A DNA stretch of 64,000 bases from Nageia nagi (lineage: Eukaryota > Plantae > Pinophyta): the NCBI GenBank assembly GCA_050084985.1, contig JBITNC010000001.1:104160001-104224000 (forward strand), given 5' to 3'. The notes under the pieces are model-generated. The model worked only from the letters and a program-made list of their open reading frames with translations, was not told the origin of the DNA and searched no databases. Every line of letters begins with the position of its first letter. Position 1 is the first letter of the stretch. A program made the position numbers and the translations under genes. Below, one piece after another: positions 13,081-26,724 of this stretch.

Positions 13081-16000
13081 TGTCACGACCCATCTCAAGC
13101 CATTGTTGAGCTCAACCACCATCTAGGATTTGAATGGATTACGTATGTATAATGTTGTGGTAATGACAAGTTTGATATGGTAACATGTATCATTTTGTGA
13201 AAAATTGATGCTAGCTTCAAGATGTTTTGACATAGGTCACATGATGGAGAAGCGATCCAAAGACCCTATGGATGAAAGGTGAATTAGTGATGGGAACAAA
13301 AGGGTAGGAGGAGGAAATGATTGGTGTGATTCACTAACACACCCTATGACCATAATAAATCATTAAGATGCATGTAGGAGAATTGCTATGATTGTCAATT
13401 TCTTGATGAAAATATATTTGCAAAATTATGTGGATTAACCTTACTCTGCAGGATGAGATGACCGTCATAGGTAAAGATGTGTTTTTCCTTGTTTGGTATT
13501 TTTGAAATTTAAATTTTGAAATGGAGGGGAAAAGGGATATACCTTATTTAAATATGAAAATATATATAAGATTAGAAACATATATTTAATGGGATAAAAG
13601 TTGAATATTAGTGTTTATATTATTGTCACATAGGGCTAATAGTAAAAACACTATTAGATAGAAGCTAACGTATCCTTGTGGTATTACAAGATATTTATTA
13701 GCTAAAAAAATAATAGAGTAATGATTCTACTTAGTTTTATTTTTTATGTTAGCTATGGATAAGAGTTGGCACTAAATTGTCAGTTAATGAAAAAGGCTCT
13801 AAAGTATTAAATGCCATTAAAATCATTTACAAATTTAAGCAAACCTACCCCTAAGACATTATTAAATGTATGAAGATATGTCCATTTGGACATAGTTTAA
13901 TAACTATAAATAAAGGAGTAGAGCTTAGAAAAGTACCTACCTATTTGTCTATCTCTTTGTATTTTATTTTTTGTTATTCTCAAGCTTGGATTACATGTAG
14001 AAAAGAAGTCTCTCTTCCTTCTCGAAGTAAAGATGTATTCTTTTCATTTTTTTAGTTTTGAATTGATGTATTTAATGATTTGTATGAAAGAAATGTTTGA
14101 ATAAATTTTATAGAATTAATTGTGATAAAGTTCTTATATTATGTGATAAGATATATTGATTGTTTTATTTGTTGCAACACATGTGAAGGTTGGTACCATG
14201 TTTTTTCCTTAAAAAGTAAAGGGATGGGACCTTATTAGCTTAGCTTTTATTAAATTTGTTGCTGGAAACTTCTTTTTAAACATTTTTTGATATTTTTGAG
14301 GAAACTAGTCAAATATTTACTCCCTGTATCCTCTCATGTGAGATTTGGTAATCTTTTAAATTATTAATATGGTATTCTCCTTCTTGTGTTATCCATACTA
14401 AGTATTTTGATTTAATATACATTTTTTATATATGTCCATTTGGGTATTCATTAATATATGGTATAAAACCTTTCCAATTACTATTTCATAGATGGTCATA
14501 TCTTCTCTTCAAGCCTCTATATACATATACTAGACAAATTGTCGTCAAAAGAATTAGAATTATTTTCAAATAATTCTGATGATCCTCCATCCTCACTTAG
14601 TGCTTATAAACTAAAAATAATGGGAAAGAATTTTGATTCTAGCTTTTTCTCCTGTTGCCCAGCATCTACGTATTCCTCTATGATTTGCTTAAAGAGCTTC
14701 CTCCATAGTCAAAGGTAGAATTCCTTTACCTTCTTCTAAGAATTCTCACAATGTTTATTAATGAATTCATGACCAGAGTGCAAGATTAAAGCTATATGTC
14801 CCTATAGTCAATATGAAATTGTAGCCTTTCCTCTGGGTGCGTATCACTAGTACTGCGCACTGATCCGATCAAAATTCTATCAAATGATAAATTGATCCCT
14901 ATGGTTAAGAAATGCATAAGGTATCCATTCTATGTATACTCAAAATTAGCGTAGCAATTATCAAGTGCACTGTGAGTTCTAGTAGCATATGCAGATAACG
15001 TATCGAGTCCAAATTGGAATGCGCTTGTTGAAAATATTCTATTTAGTCTTATGCAATTCTAAATAATTTTGTTAGAATATAAATTATGCTCCCTTGTATC
15101 CACGCAATCCTAAATCTGTTTAGTTAGATTATTATGTTAATACTTCTTTGTACTCATTTAATCTGTTAGATAGATTTTAATTAGTGATTGATTACAAAAG
15201 GTTTGATAATGGATATGATGAATAATGATTTGGTTACTTTACCAATCATTTTCTTACTATGTATACGCGAAGAAAGGAGATATTTTAACACATAATGCCA
15301 CCATTTAATGATAATTAGGAGTGGTATAGTCTACGACTTTATGAAACATTCTCATAAACATTTTCATACCTTTTGATTCCCTTATAGCACCATATAGTAG
15401 GTTAATGTATAATCTTGACTGTAGAACTATAAGAATATGAAATATATGTGTGAATAATAATAAAAATAATTTAAAATGAATGAATGACATTTAATGTGAT
15501 ATTAATTCTTTGTTAGTAATAGTTTATAAAGATAAAGATAAATTAAATGGGAATTCAAAATTTATATATATATATGATAAAATTGTAGTTTATAGATTTT
15601 AAAATAGACTAGATTAAAATATTTTATTGGTTTTTGGTTTGTCACAATTACGAAATTTGATGTTTAGAAGGTAAATAAGACTTTAGTATGCAAATAAATT
15701 ACTTATAAGGATTTGATTATATTTGAGATGAATTATCACATATTAAAAAAATATGACCAAGGAAGGGAGATGATTACTCTTGAGTTTCATAAATAAATTT
15801 GCATACATAATGGTCAAATTTTAAAAAGGATTATCCTCATCCTCCTCCTTACTACTACTCAATCCACTCACCAAGTTCTAAGGAAATGTTCGATGCTTGT
15901 TGCTCAAAGAATAATGGAGATGCTTGATGCTCGTTGCTTGAAGATCATTAGATGTGTCCCATGACAAGGCAAAGAATGATTTACCAATTAACATATTATA

Positions 16001-17443
16001 CTTCCTTTATATTACAAAAAGATGATGAATTACTACTTCAAAATCATTGTATTAGGCTTATGATGTATTAATATTCTTGTAATAAGTTTATAAAGCTATG
16101 TCAATACCTTAGATGTTGACAAATGAAGTTATAAATTGTATTCAAACTTCTTGTAATTGATTATTAACTTAGAAATGCTTAATGAGGATTATGTTGTATG
16201 CATATGTTGTTAGTATATTTAAGGATAACTGAAAGGTAGATGAATTTGTTATCTATTTATTATTAACATTATGAGTACAATTTGTGATATCTTGGGGACC
16301 CTTGGAATTAAATTAGATATCTATGGAGCCCAATGGATAAATAGAATCATTTAGGATCTTTTTGGATGAATGCAAGAAACAAATTGGAAAACCTTTGCCA
16401 ATTAAATCTACCTTGCTAAAAAATAAATAAAAAGAATATTCCTTGCATGAGGACCACTCAGCATCGCATTACTTTTGTAGCAATACTAGCTAGATCTTTT
16501 CCAATGACTTGCTACTTTACATATGCAAGAGAATATTTAAAAACTAGATTCATATACATGATACAATATGTAAAGGATAAATAAGAATCATGTGACTTTC
16601 TCAATAAACCTATAATTTAAACTTCTGAGGTATCCCTTATGGGAAGGAATAAAAGATGTTAAACCCTAGAACTTATCTTGTACCCTATTCATTATTCAAA
16701 AACATTAGTTTATGGTTAGTATAATATAAGTGGTTCTTTTTGTCAACACACTTAAAAATAAATTAGACTAAACAACCACTTAAGGATATTATTTGATATG
16801 CATGGCTTTCCAAGTATGGCATGGAGATGCCAAACCACATGGTGGGACTAGCTGATAGTTATAGGTAGGTTAATACTCATATCCTTTGATACATAAGTTA
16901 GATAGGGATAGCAATAAGAAAAATTGCTATTACTAGGTGAGGGTAACTAGTAGTCATACCAGTTGTAATTAGTAGATAAGGGTATGATGATTATTGTATA
17001 GGTAATGCTACCTTCTCATAAGAAAAATTTTCTAGGATAAGTTAATAGCTCCTATGATATGAGGAGTTATCATTAGATGATGATGACTAACTTAGTGGAA
17101 GCACGATCCCTCGGGTGTTATGGGCTCCGAGTAGAAAATCATTACGTTGAAATAAAAAATCCTATTGCACACACGATATGGAATATGAATGGTGAGGTTA
17201 CATTTGAGGCATCTTTTCAATCGAAGTAGTGTTGAAACGTGAACAACAAAAGCATTTGTCAAGGTTGGTTATCCTGGGTTCCTAGCCAATCTTACCATGT
17301 GAGTATTACACTAACTAGCAACATTATTAAGCTCATCTGGGATTGCTTGGTTCATTTCTAGAATAATGAGTGTTAAATTAAATAAAAAAAATTAGGTATA
17401 AAATTTAGGGTTTTGGTTGGTGAAAATAAGTGGATGCATTGCA
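13081..17443 (+). repeat. LTR2 (shared between units 1 and 2)
   Basis: Begins TGTCACGACCC after the PPT and ends ...gca before PBS tggtatcaaagc (17445-17456). TATAAATA at 13905. Confidence 0.92.
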
Positions 17444-20400
17444 TTGGTATCAAAGCATTAAGTTCAAACTCTTGAGTTTATGATCAATGACTCTTTTGCT
17501 GTAAAAAGTTTAAGAAGTCTAGATAAGAATGAATGAATTGAATAATAATATCATTTGGTTAACTCAGGTTATGGTAATCTAAATACATGTAAATAGAGCT
17601 TTAAGAAACTCATGACAAGGTGCTTCCAATAGACTTCCTGTAAATGCCAATGCCAATGCCAATGAAAATAAAACAAATGTTAGAGGCCAAATTGGAAATT
17701 TTAGAGGTTGAAATGCTAGAGGTGGAATAATGAGGAATGTCAATTGGTAAGTTCCTACAAATATTAGTGAGAATTCATCTAACCATTCTAATAAGAATAA
17801 TGGAGGTGAAGAAGGTATCATGAGACTCAAAGAGTAGGTGGTAGAGTAGCAAGAACTGATAAATAATCTACTTAGTCAGAGAGTTGATCCTTCAAGAAAA
17901 GAATCTGATCTAGTACTTCTAACATAAGTAAGATCAAGTGGAATGAACAACCAGCTTCAGGAAAGGATCAAACAAGAATTTGCATTTGATCTAAAGAAAG
18001 CTCAAATACCCAAGTTTAATGGAAAGCATGAAGGTGACCATGTAGAAATATGGTTAGAGGAGGCCAAAAATTACTTCTCAATGAAAATTCTATCATGAAA
18101 AACCAAATCCATGTGGGATACCTATATATTTTAAGATATTGCTCTCAAATGGTGTAATGCCTACAAAGTTGGGCATGGAATCTAGTATTTGAAGTGGATG
18201 GAATTTGTGGAAGCATCCTAGAAGAGATTTATCCTTTAGGTTTATTTCAATAAGAAATATGAGTAATATTATACACTTCAAGAAGGTTCTATGAGTGTGC
18301 ATACCTATCATCAAAAGTTTGTTAAACTTCTTATGTATGTTTTAGATGATAAAAATTAGTTAAAGGTTCATAGATTCCTTATGGGGTTGGATTCCAAGAT
18401 TAAGAATGTGGTTAATGTCCTAAACCCTAAGACATTGGAATAAGCTTATGATCTAGATAAGAGAGCTAAAAGTAATTTAGGCATAACAAAAACCCATATG
18501 AATTATGTACCAGATGAAAAGATAAGGAATGTTCCCAAAGGAATAGAGGTACTGAGCAACAAGGTTTGCATAATGATAGTAGAAATGTCAATCAAAATCA
18601 TAAGGATGGAAATTTTTAAAGGTTTGAGAAGAAACAACCTATAAATAAGGGTTTCAAAAAGAAGGGTTTCCAAAAAAAGAATCAACATTTTAGAAGATAG
18701 GATCAAAACCTTAGGAAAAGAAGTCAAGGATTTAGGAACCTAAGCCATAGATTCCCTAAGAAAAGAAATAACCAATATGTACCTAAGGATAACAACATAG
18801 AGAAAAAGAAAGCTACATGAGATGGATGTTGGAACTATAGTGAAGAACATTATATAAATCAATGCTCTTTTAAGATAGAACCACAAAAGGATCATCAAAT
18901 TTTTGTAGTGACTGGATTAGGATAAGCTCAATGACAAGCTACACCTCTCTAAATCTTGGGTAAAATTTTTGGCAAATCTTTTCAAATTTTAATAGATTGT
19001 GGTATAACAAATAGTTTCATTTCAAATTATTTACTTAAAGACATGATTAAGGCATAAAAAGTTTTAACAAATGGATCGAAAGTAGAGTTTGGGTCCATTA
19101 AAAAGTGTTATGTCAAACAATGTTTTAGAAATGTTGAAATCGAATTACCCAAGGGAATTATTGTATGAGATTTGTATTGGAATGTTGAAATCAATTTCTG
19201 GAGAGATAGATGGAATATACTGACTTATTATAAAACTAATACAGGATGTTTAGTGATCAAGGACCATTTGAATCTTACTTGATCACAACCACACAAATGA
19301 AAAGAAGTATTAGAGAAAAGGAAATGACCTTTGTACTTATGGTCAAAGAAGTAGAAGAAGATAAATATGTAGAAATGTTAAACAAGTATCTAGTGATGAG
19401 AGAATATAAGGATGTATTTCCCAAGGAACTATCAGTTCAACCTCCAAAATGAGAATTTGACATCTTAATAGATCTAGTGCCAGAAGCTGAGCCAGTCTTT
19501 AGAACCCCATATATAATGAACACCATTGAGATGCAAGAGTTAAAGGTGTAGTTACAAGATCTTTTGGAGAAAGGGTTAATAAAGCCTAATGTATCAACAT
19601 AGGGAGCTCCTATATTATTTGTCAAAAAGAAGGATGGAGCACTAATTCACCATCAAGAATAGATATTCTCTACCTAGGATTGATGATTTGTTTGACCATC
19701 ATAAAGATGTTGCTATCTTTTCAAAGATAAACTTAAGATCAAGTTACCATCAATTAAGGATACAAGAATTAGATACCCATAAGACAACATTCAAGATTGG
19801 ATATGGACATTATAAGTTTATGGTCTTATCATTTGGATTTAGGAATACTCTTACAACATTTATGAATCTAATTAACATTGTTTATTAAGAATACTTAGAT
19901 AAAATTTTATTACACTTTCTAGATTATATCCTTATATACACAAGGAATGAGGAGGAACATAACCATCATTTAAGATAGCCTTAGAAGTTTTGAGATGACA
20001 TTAGCTATATGGTAAATTATCTAAGTGTGATTTTTATGTTTCTCACATTCAATACTTAGGTTACATTATTTCTGCCAAAGGAATCTTAGTTGAACCAAAA
20101 AATATAGAAGAAATAATGAGTTGGCATGTGCCAACAAATGTGACTAAGCTAAGAAGTTTCATAGGATTAGCTGGATATTATAGAAGATTGGTTAAGTATT
20201 TTTCAAAGATAGCCAATTCTATCACCAGCCTACAAAAGAAAAATAAAGTGTTTAAGTGGATTGAAAAGTGCAAAAAAGCTTTTGCAACCCTAAAAGAAAA
20301 CTATAGCTTTACACTAGTTCTCATTATCCCTGACCCACATGGTGATTTTATAGTATGTGTAGATGCATTGTTAGAAGGTTTTTATGGTGTATCATCATAA

Positions 20401-22223
20401 ACTGAAAATCTCATAGCATATGAATTTAGAATTTTAAATCCATATAAGTTGAATTATGCTACACATGATCTTGAGTTTGCAGCTATATTGCATGCACTAA
20501 AGATGTGGAGGCATTACTTGCTAGGAAAACCTTTCAAATTAGAAATAAATTATCAAAGTTTGAAATACTTATTCACTCAATTTGAATTAAATGCTAGGAA
20601 AAGGTAATGTATGGAATTACTCATTAAATATGATTTTGGTATTGTGTATATCAAGGGTAAGGAAAATAAGGTGGTCGATGTATTAAGTTGGAGAAGACTT
20701 ATAAATGTCATGACAAGAAGCTAGTTCAACTTTTTTGATCAAGTGAGAATCTTGCAATAAGAGGATTTGTAATGCAAATTCATTAGGAAAATGATAGAAA
20801 AAAGGTAAATTTTTATCTTAAGACTTTGCTAAAAAAGATGGAATTTTGTAATTTAGAGATAGATTAGTCATATTAGAAAAAGGAGATTTAAGAAATTTAA
20901 TCTTACAAAAAGCCCATTGTCCTCCATATGCAGCACATATGGGAGGCATGAAGATGAATGAAGACTAAAAAAACAAATTCTACTTGGATGGAATGATGAA
21001 GGATAAATGTAAATTTTGTGGTAAAAGCCTTAGAATGTCAAAAAGTGAAAGCAAAACATTAGCCTTTAGGTGGATAATTGTGTCTCCATGATATTTTTAA
21101 ATAGAAATGACAAGCAATTTCAATGGATTTCATAGTTTGTTTACCAAAAAATAGATTTTATCATGACACCATATTGATTGTGATCAATAAGTTAACCAAG
21201 GTTGATCATTTTATACATGGTAATAGCACAAATGATGCCCTTATTATAGCTATTAAATTTGAACATGAAATCTTCAGATAGCATGGAATTCCTAAAGTGA
21301 TAATCTTAGATAGGGATTCTTAACTTTTGTATTTTGGAGATCATTCAAAAAGGAATGGGGTGTAAATTTAAATATGAGCTCAACTTATCATCATGAGATA
21401 TATAGATAGATACAATGTGTAAATAAAATTCTAGAAGATAAATTTAGAATGTATTGCATGGAACCAAATACTAAATAGGAAGATTATCTTTATTTGGTTG
21501 AGTTCGCATATAATAATGGTTGTCATTCATCTTTAGGAATAGCTCCTTTTAGAAGCCTTATATGAAGAAGATGCAAAACTCTTTGAACTTTGAATAATTA
21601 GAAAGATCAAGTGATTATCCATATAAAAATGTTAAAACAAATGGAGGAGCAGCTAAACTACATTCAACAAAAGTTGAAGAAGGTTACAGACAGATAAAAG
21701 AGTTATGTTGATCTTAAGAGAACTCATTGAGAATTTGTTATAGATTAAGGTCTTTTTACAAGTCTAAACCATGAAAGTTGCCTTAAAATCAACTAAATGG
21801 ATCTCTATTTTGTTGTTCCTTTTGAAATTTTGAAAAAGAAGAGCCTAGTAACCTATAAACTTTTCTTGCTACTAAATTTTTCCAAAATGCATGATGTATT
21901 TCATGTCTCCTTGTTATGAAAATATGTTAATGAACTTCTCATGTTATGAATTTTTTTTAATTACAGATGTTGAATCTTCATGCCATTGAAGTACTCCCTA
22001 TCAAGATCTTAGCTTTTACGAATAGAAAGCTAAGAAATAGGGAAATTAATGAATGTCCAATACAATGGGATAAATATTCTGAATCATCTTTTACATAGAA
22101 GATATAGGCATTATAAAGAGATAATTTCCATATTTATTTGATTGATTAAGTATGTGAAACTTTTGTAAGTTTTTATTTGTATATATAAACACAAGGGACT
22201 GTGTTCCCTTTCAAGGGGGTGTA
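17444..22223 (+). pseudogene. Internal region 2: decayed gag-pol with chromodomain
   Basis: ORF fragments 19246-19452, 19688-19888 (FSKINLRSSYHQL, RT) and 20116-20400 (LRSFIGLAGYYRR, RT/RNase H). Small internal deletions. PPT aagggggtgta at ~22213-22223. Confidence 0.92.
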
Positions 22224-25200
22224 TGTCACAACCCACCTCAAGACATTATTGAGCTCAAGTACCATCAGGGATTTGAATGGATTATATGTGTATAATGTTA
22301 TGCTAATGATGAGTTTGATGTGGGAACATGTATCATTTTGTAAAAATTTGATGCTAACTTCAAGATGTTTTGACATAGGTGATAGGATGGAGAAGCAATC
22401 ATAAGACCTTATAGACCATAGGTGAATTGGTGATAGGAATGGAAGGGTAAAAGAGAAATGATTGGCATTGATTCATTGACACACCCTATGACCATTATAA
22501 GTCATGTAGATGCATGTAGGAGAATTGCTATGATTATCAATTTCTTGATGAAAATATGTTTATAAAAATATGTGGAATAACCTTAATCTATAGGATGAGG
22601 TGATCATCCCAGGTAAAGATATCTTTTCCTTTGTTTGGTACTTTTAAAATTTAAATTTTAAAATGGAGAGAAAAAAGGGATATACCTTATTTAAATATGA
22701 AAATTTATATAAGGTTAGAAGCATATATTTAACAGGATAAAAGTTGAATATAAGTGTTCATATTATTGCGACATAAGGTTAATAGTAAAAACACTATTAG
22801 ATAGAGACTAAGGTCTCCTTGTGGTATTACAAGATATTTAATAGCTAAAAAAATAATAAAGTAATGACCCTATCTAATTTTATTTTCTTGTGTTAGGTAT
22901 GGATAAGAGTTGGTACTAAATTGTTAGTTAATAAAAAAAGTTTTAAAGTATTAAATATTTTTACAGTTATTTAAAACTTTAAGAAAACCTACCCCCAAGA
23001 AATTATTAAAGGTGTGAATAGATGTCTATTTGGACACACTTGAACCCTTTTAGCTATAAATAAAGGTGTAGAGCATTAAAAAAATACCTACCTACCTTTT
23101 TTTCTCTTTGTATTTTATTTTTGGTTATTCTCAAGCTTGAATTACATAAAGAAAAGAAGTCTCTCTTCCCTCTCTAAGTCAAGGTGCATTCTTTTCATTT
23201 TTTTAGTTTTGAATTGATATATTTTATGAGTTGTATGAAAGCAATTTTTGAATAAATTTTATGGAATTAATTGTGATAAAGGTCTTATATTATATGATAG
23301 GACATATTGATTGTTTTAGTTGTTGTAATGCATGTGGAGGTTGCTACCATGTATTTTCCTTAAAAAGAAAATGGATAGAACTTTATTAGCTTTTTTTTTT
23401 TTTAAATTTAATGATAGAAAATTCTTTTTATACATTTTGTGATATTTTTGAAGAGCCTAATCAAATATTTACTCCCTATATCCTTACGTGCCAGATTTGG
23501 CAATATTTTGAATCATTAATATAGTATTCTCCCTCTTATGTTATCCATAGTAAACATTTTGATTTTATATACATTTTGCATATATGACCATTTGGGTATT
23601 CACTAATATTTAATATTTGGTGTAAAACCTTTCCAATTACTATTTGACAGATAGTCATCTCCTCTCTTTGAGCCTCCATATAGATATACCAGATAAATTG
23701 TCTGCCTCCATTCTCACTTGGTGCTTATGAAGTAAAAATAATGGGAAAGAATTTCGATTCTGGCTTTTTTTATTATCTCTTAGCATCTACGTATTCCTCT
23801 ATGATTTGCTTACAGAGCTTCCTACATAGTCAGAAGTATTCTTCTAAGAATTCTCACAATGTTTATTAATGAATGGATGACCAGAGTGCAAGATTATAGC
23901 TATATGTCCCTGCGATCACTATGAAAATGTAGCCTTTCCTCTGGGTGCGTATCACTAGTATTGCCCTCTGATTCGATCTGAATTCTATCAAATAATGAAT
24001 CGATCCCTGTGGTTAAGAAAAGTCTAAGGCATCCATCCTATGTCTACTCAAAATCAGCGTAGAAATTATCAAGTGCACTGTGATTACCAGCAGCGTATGC
24101 AAAGAAAGTAGGGAGTCCGAATCGGAATGCGCTTGTTGAAAATATTCTATTTGGTCTCATCCAATTCTAAATCATTTTGTTAGAATTTAAATGATTCTCC
24201 CTTGTATCCGCAATATCCTAAATCTGTTTAGTTAGATTATTATGTTAATACTTCTTCTTTGCACTCGCGTAGTCTGTTAGATGGATTTTATTTAATGATT
24301 GATTGCAAAGGTTTGTTAATGGATATGATGAATAATGATCTGGTTACTGTACCAATCATTTTCCTATTGTGTATACGCGAAGATGGGAGAGATATTTAAC
24401 CCGTGATGCCACCATTTAATGATAATTAGGAGTGGTATAGTCTACAACTTTATGGAACATTCTCTAATATGTTTTCACACCTTTTGATTCCCTTACAGCA
24501 CCATATAGTAGGTTAATGTATAATTTTGAGTGTATAACTATATGAATATGAAATTTGTATGTGAATAATAATAAATAATAATAAATAAAATAAAATAAAA
24601 TATATCTATAAAATTTAATGTGATATTAATTCCTTATTAAAAGAAGGGATTATTAGTAATAGTTTAGAAAGATAAAGATAAATTAGATGGAGTTTGAAAT
24701 TATATATATATAAAGTAGTAGTTTATGTATTTTAAAATTACATGGGTTAAAATATTTTTATCTTTTGTTTTTGATTTGTAATAATTACCAAGATTGATGT
24801 TTAGAAGGTAAATAAGATCTTAGTATGCAAATAAATTAATTATCAAGATTGGATTATACTTGAGATGAAATATCACAGATTAATAAAATATGATCAAGAA
24901 AGGGAGATGATTACTCCTAAGGTACATAAATGAATTTACATACATAATGGTCAAATTTTAAAAAGGGTTCTCCCAATCCTCCTCCTTCCTAGTACTCGAT
25001 CCACCAACCAAGCTTCAAGGGAATGTATGATTCTTGTTGTTGAAGAATGATAGAGATGCTTGATGCTCGTTGCTTGAATATCATTGGGTGTGTCCCATGA
25101 CTAGGCAAAGAATGATTCACCAATTAACATGTTATACTTCCTTTGTATTAAAAAAGGATAATGAATTACCAATTCAAAATCATTGTATTAGCCTTATGAT

Positions 25201-26724
25201 GTATTAATGTTCTTGTAACAAGTTTATGAAAGCTATGTCATTACCTTAGATGTTGAAAAATGAAGTTATGAGATGTATTCAAACTTCTTGTAATTGATTA
25301 TTAACTTAGAAATGCTTAATAAGGGTTATGTTGTATGTATCTCTTGTTAGTATACTAAAGGATAAATGAAACTTTGATGAATTTGTTATCTCTTTATAAA
25401 TATCATTATTATATGCTAAGTTTTATGCTTTGATAAATAGGAATAAGAATTAATACTTCTTAGGTATTAGTCGTAGATGTATTAGGTTGTTAATCTTGAC
25501 AAATCCAAAATTATTCCAATAACTTAAAATCAACTCTAAACTAAAGTTAAGGTTCCAAATGATAATTTGTCAGCATTTGAGATATCTTAAGGACTCTTGG
25601 AATCAAATTGGATATCGATGGACCTAATGGATAAATAGAATCATTCAAGATCTTTTTGTATGAATGCAAAAAAAAAATAACAAAGAACCTTCACCAATTA
25701 AACTTACTTTGTTAAATAACAAATAAAAAGAATATTTTTAGCATGAGCACAAATCAAGGTTGCATTACTTTTGTAGCAATAGTGGCTAGATCTTTCTTAA
25801 TGACTTATTACTTTATGTATGCAAGAGAAATTTTAAAAAGTAGATTCATATATGTGATACAATGCATATGGGATAAATAAAAATCATTTAACTTTTGAAT
25901 AAACCTATAACCATAACTTTTGAGACACACCTCATGGGAAAAATTGAAAGATGTTAAACCCTATAACTTATCTTATACCCTTTTCACTATTTTGAAACAT
26001 TAGTCTATGGTTAGTAGAATATAGGTGGTTCTTATTTTCAATACACTTAAGAATATATTAGACTTAACAATCACTTGAGGATATTTTTTAATATCCATGG
26101 CTCCCAAAGTTATAGGCATAAGGATATCAAACCAAATGGTGGGACTAGATGATAGTTATGAGTAGGTTAGTACTCATATCCTTTGATAGATGAGTCAAAT
26201 GAGGATAACAATAACAAAAACTACTATTACCAAGTGAAGGTAAGTAGTAGTCATACCATTTACAGTTAGCAAATAGGGGTATGATGATTATTCCACTAGT
26301 GATGCTACTTGCTCATAAGAAAACTTACCTATGATAAGTTAATTGATTCGATGAGACTAAGACTTATCATCAAGTGATGATCAATAACTTAGTGGAAGTG
26401 TGATCTCTCAGATGTTATGAATCATAAGTAAAAAACTATTACACTATAATAAGAAAGCCTATTTTACACATGATGTGGAATAGGAATTATGAGGTTACAT
26501 TTGAGGCATCTTCTTAATAGGATGAATGTTGAAAAGTGAATTCCATAAAAGTTTATCGGAGTTGGTTACCCCAAGTTCTTGGCCAATCTTGCCATGTGAA
26601 TGGTGACCTAGCTAATCACATTAATAAGCTTATGTTGCTTAAAATAATGAGTGTTAAATTAAATAAAAAAAATTAAGTCTAAAATTTAAGATTTTGGTTA
26701 GTCAAAATAAGTAGATGTGTCACA
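22224..26724 (+). repeat. LTR3 (longest, 4.5 kb; shared between units 2 and 3)
   Basis: TGTCACAACCC...GTGTCACA. PBS tggtaccaaagc at 26726-26737. TATAAATA at 23055. Confidence 0.92.

Noticed and set aside
14160-14215. PHD-finger-like peptide ICCNTCEGWYH in the LTR
   Set aside because: The remaining PHD cysteines are absent and the frame is closed by stops on both sides, so this is probably chance.
23400-24520. Long antisense 'ORF' in the LTR island that reads protein-like if TAA/TAG=Gln and TGA=Trp/Arg (alternative code or U-to-C editing); also an HxD-like LHFHSD in another frame
   Set aside because: Stop density in that frame is about what is expected by chance at this AT content, many stops are shared across the LTR copies, and neighbouring genes use the standard code. 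Short motifs alone are not evidence.
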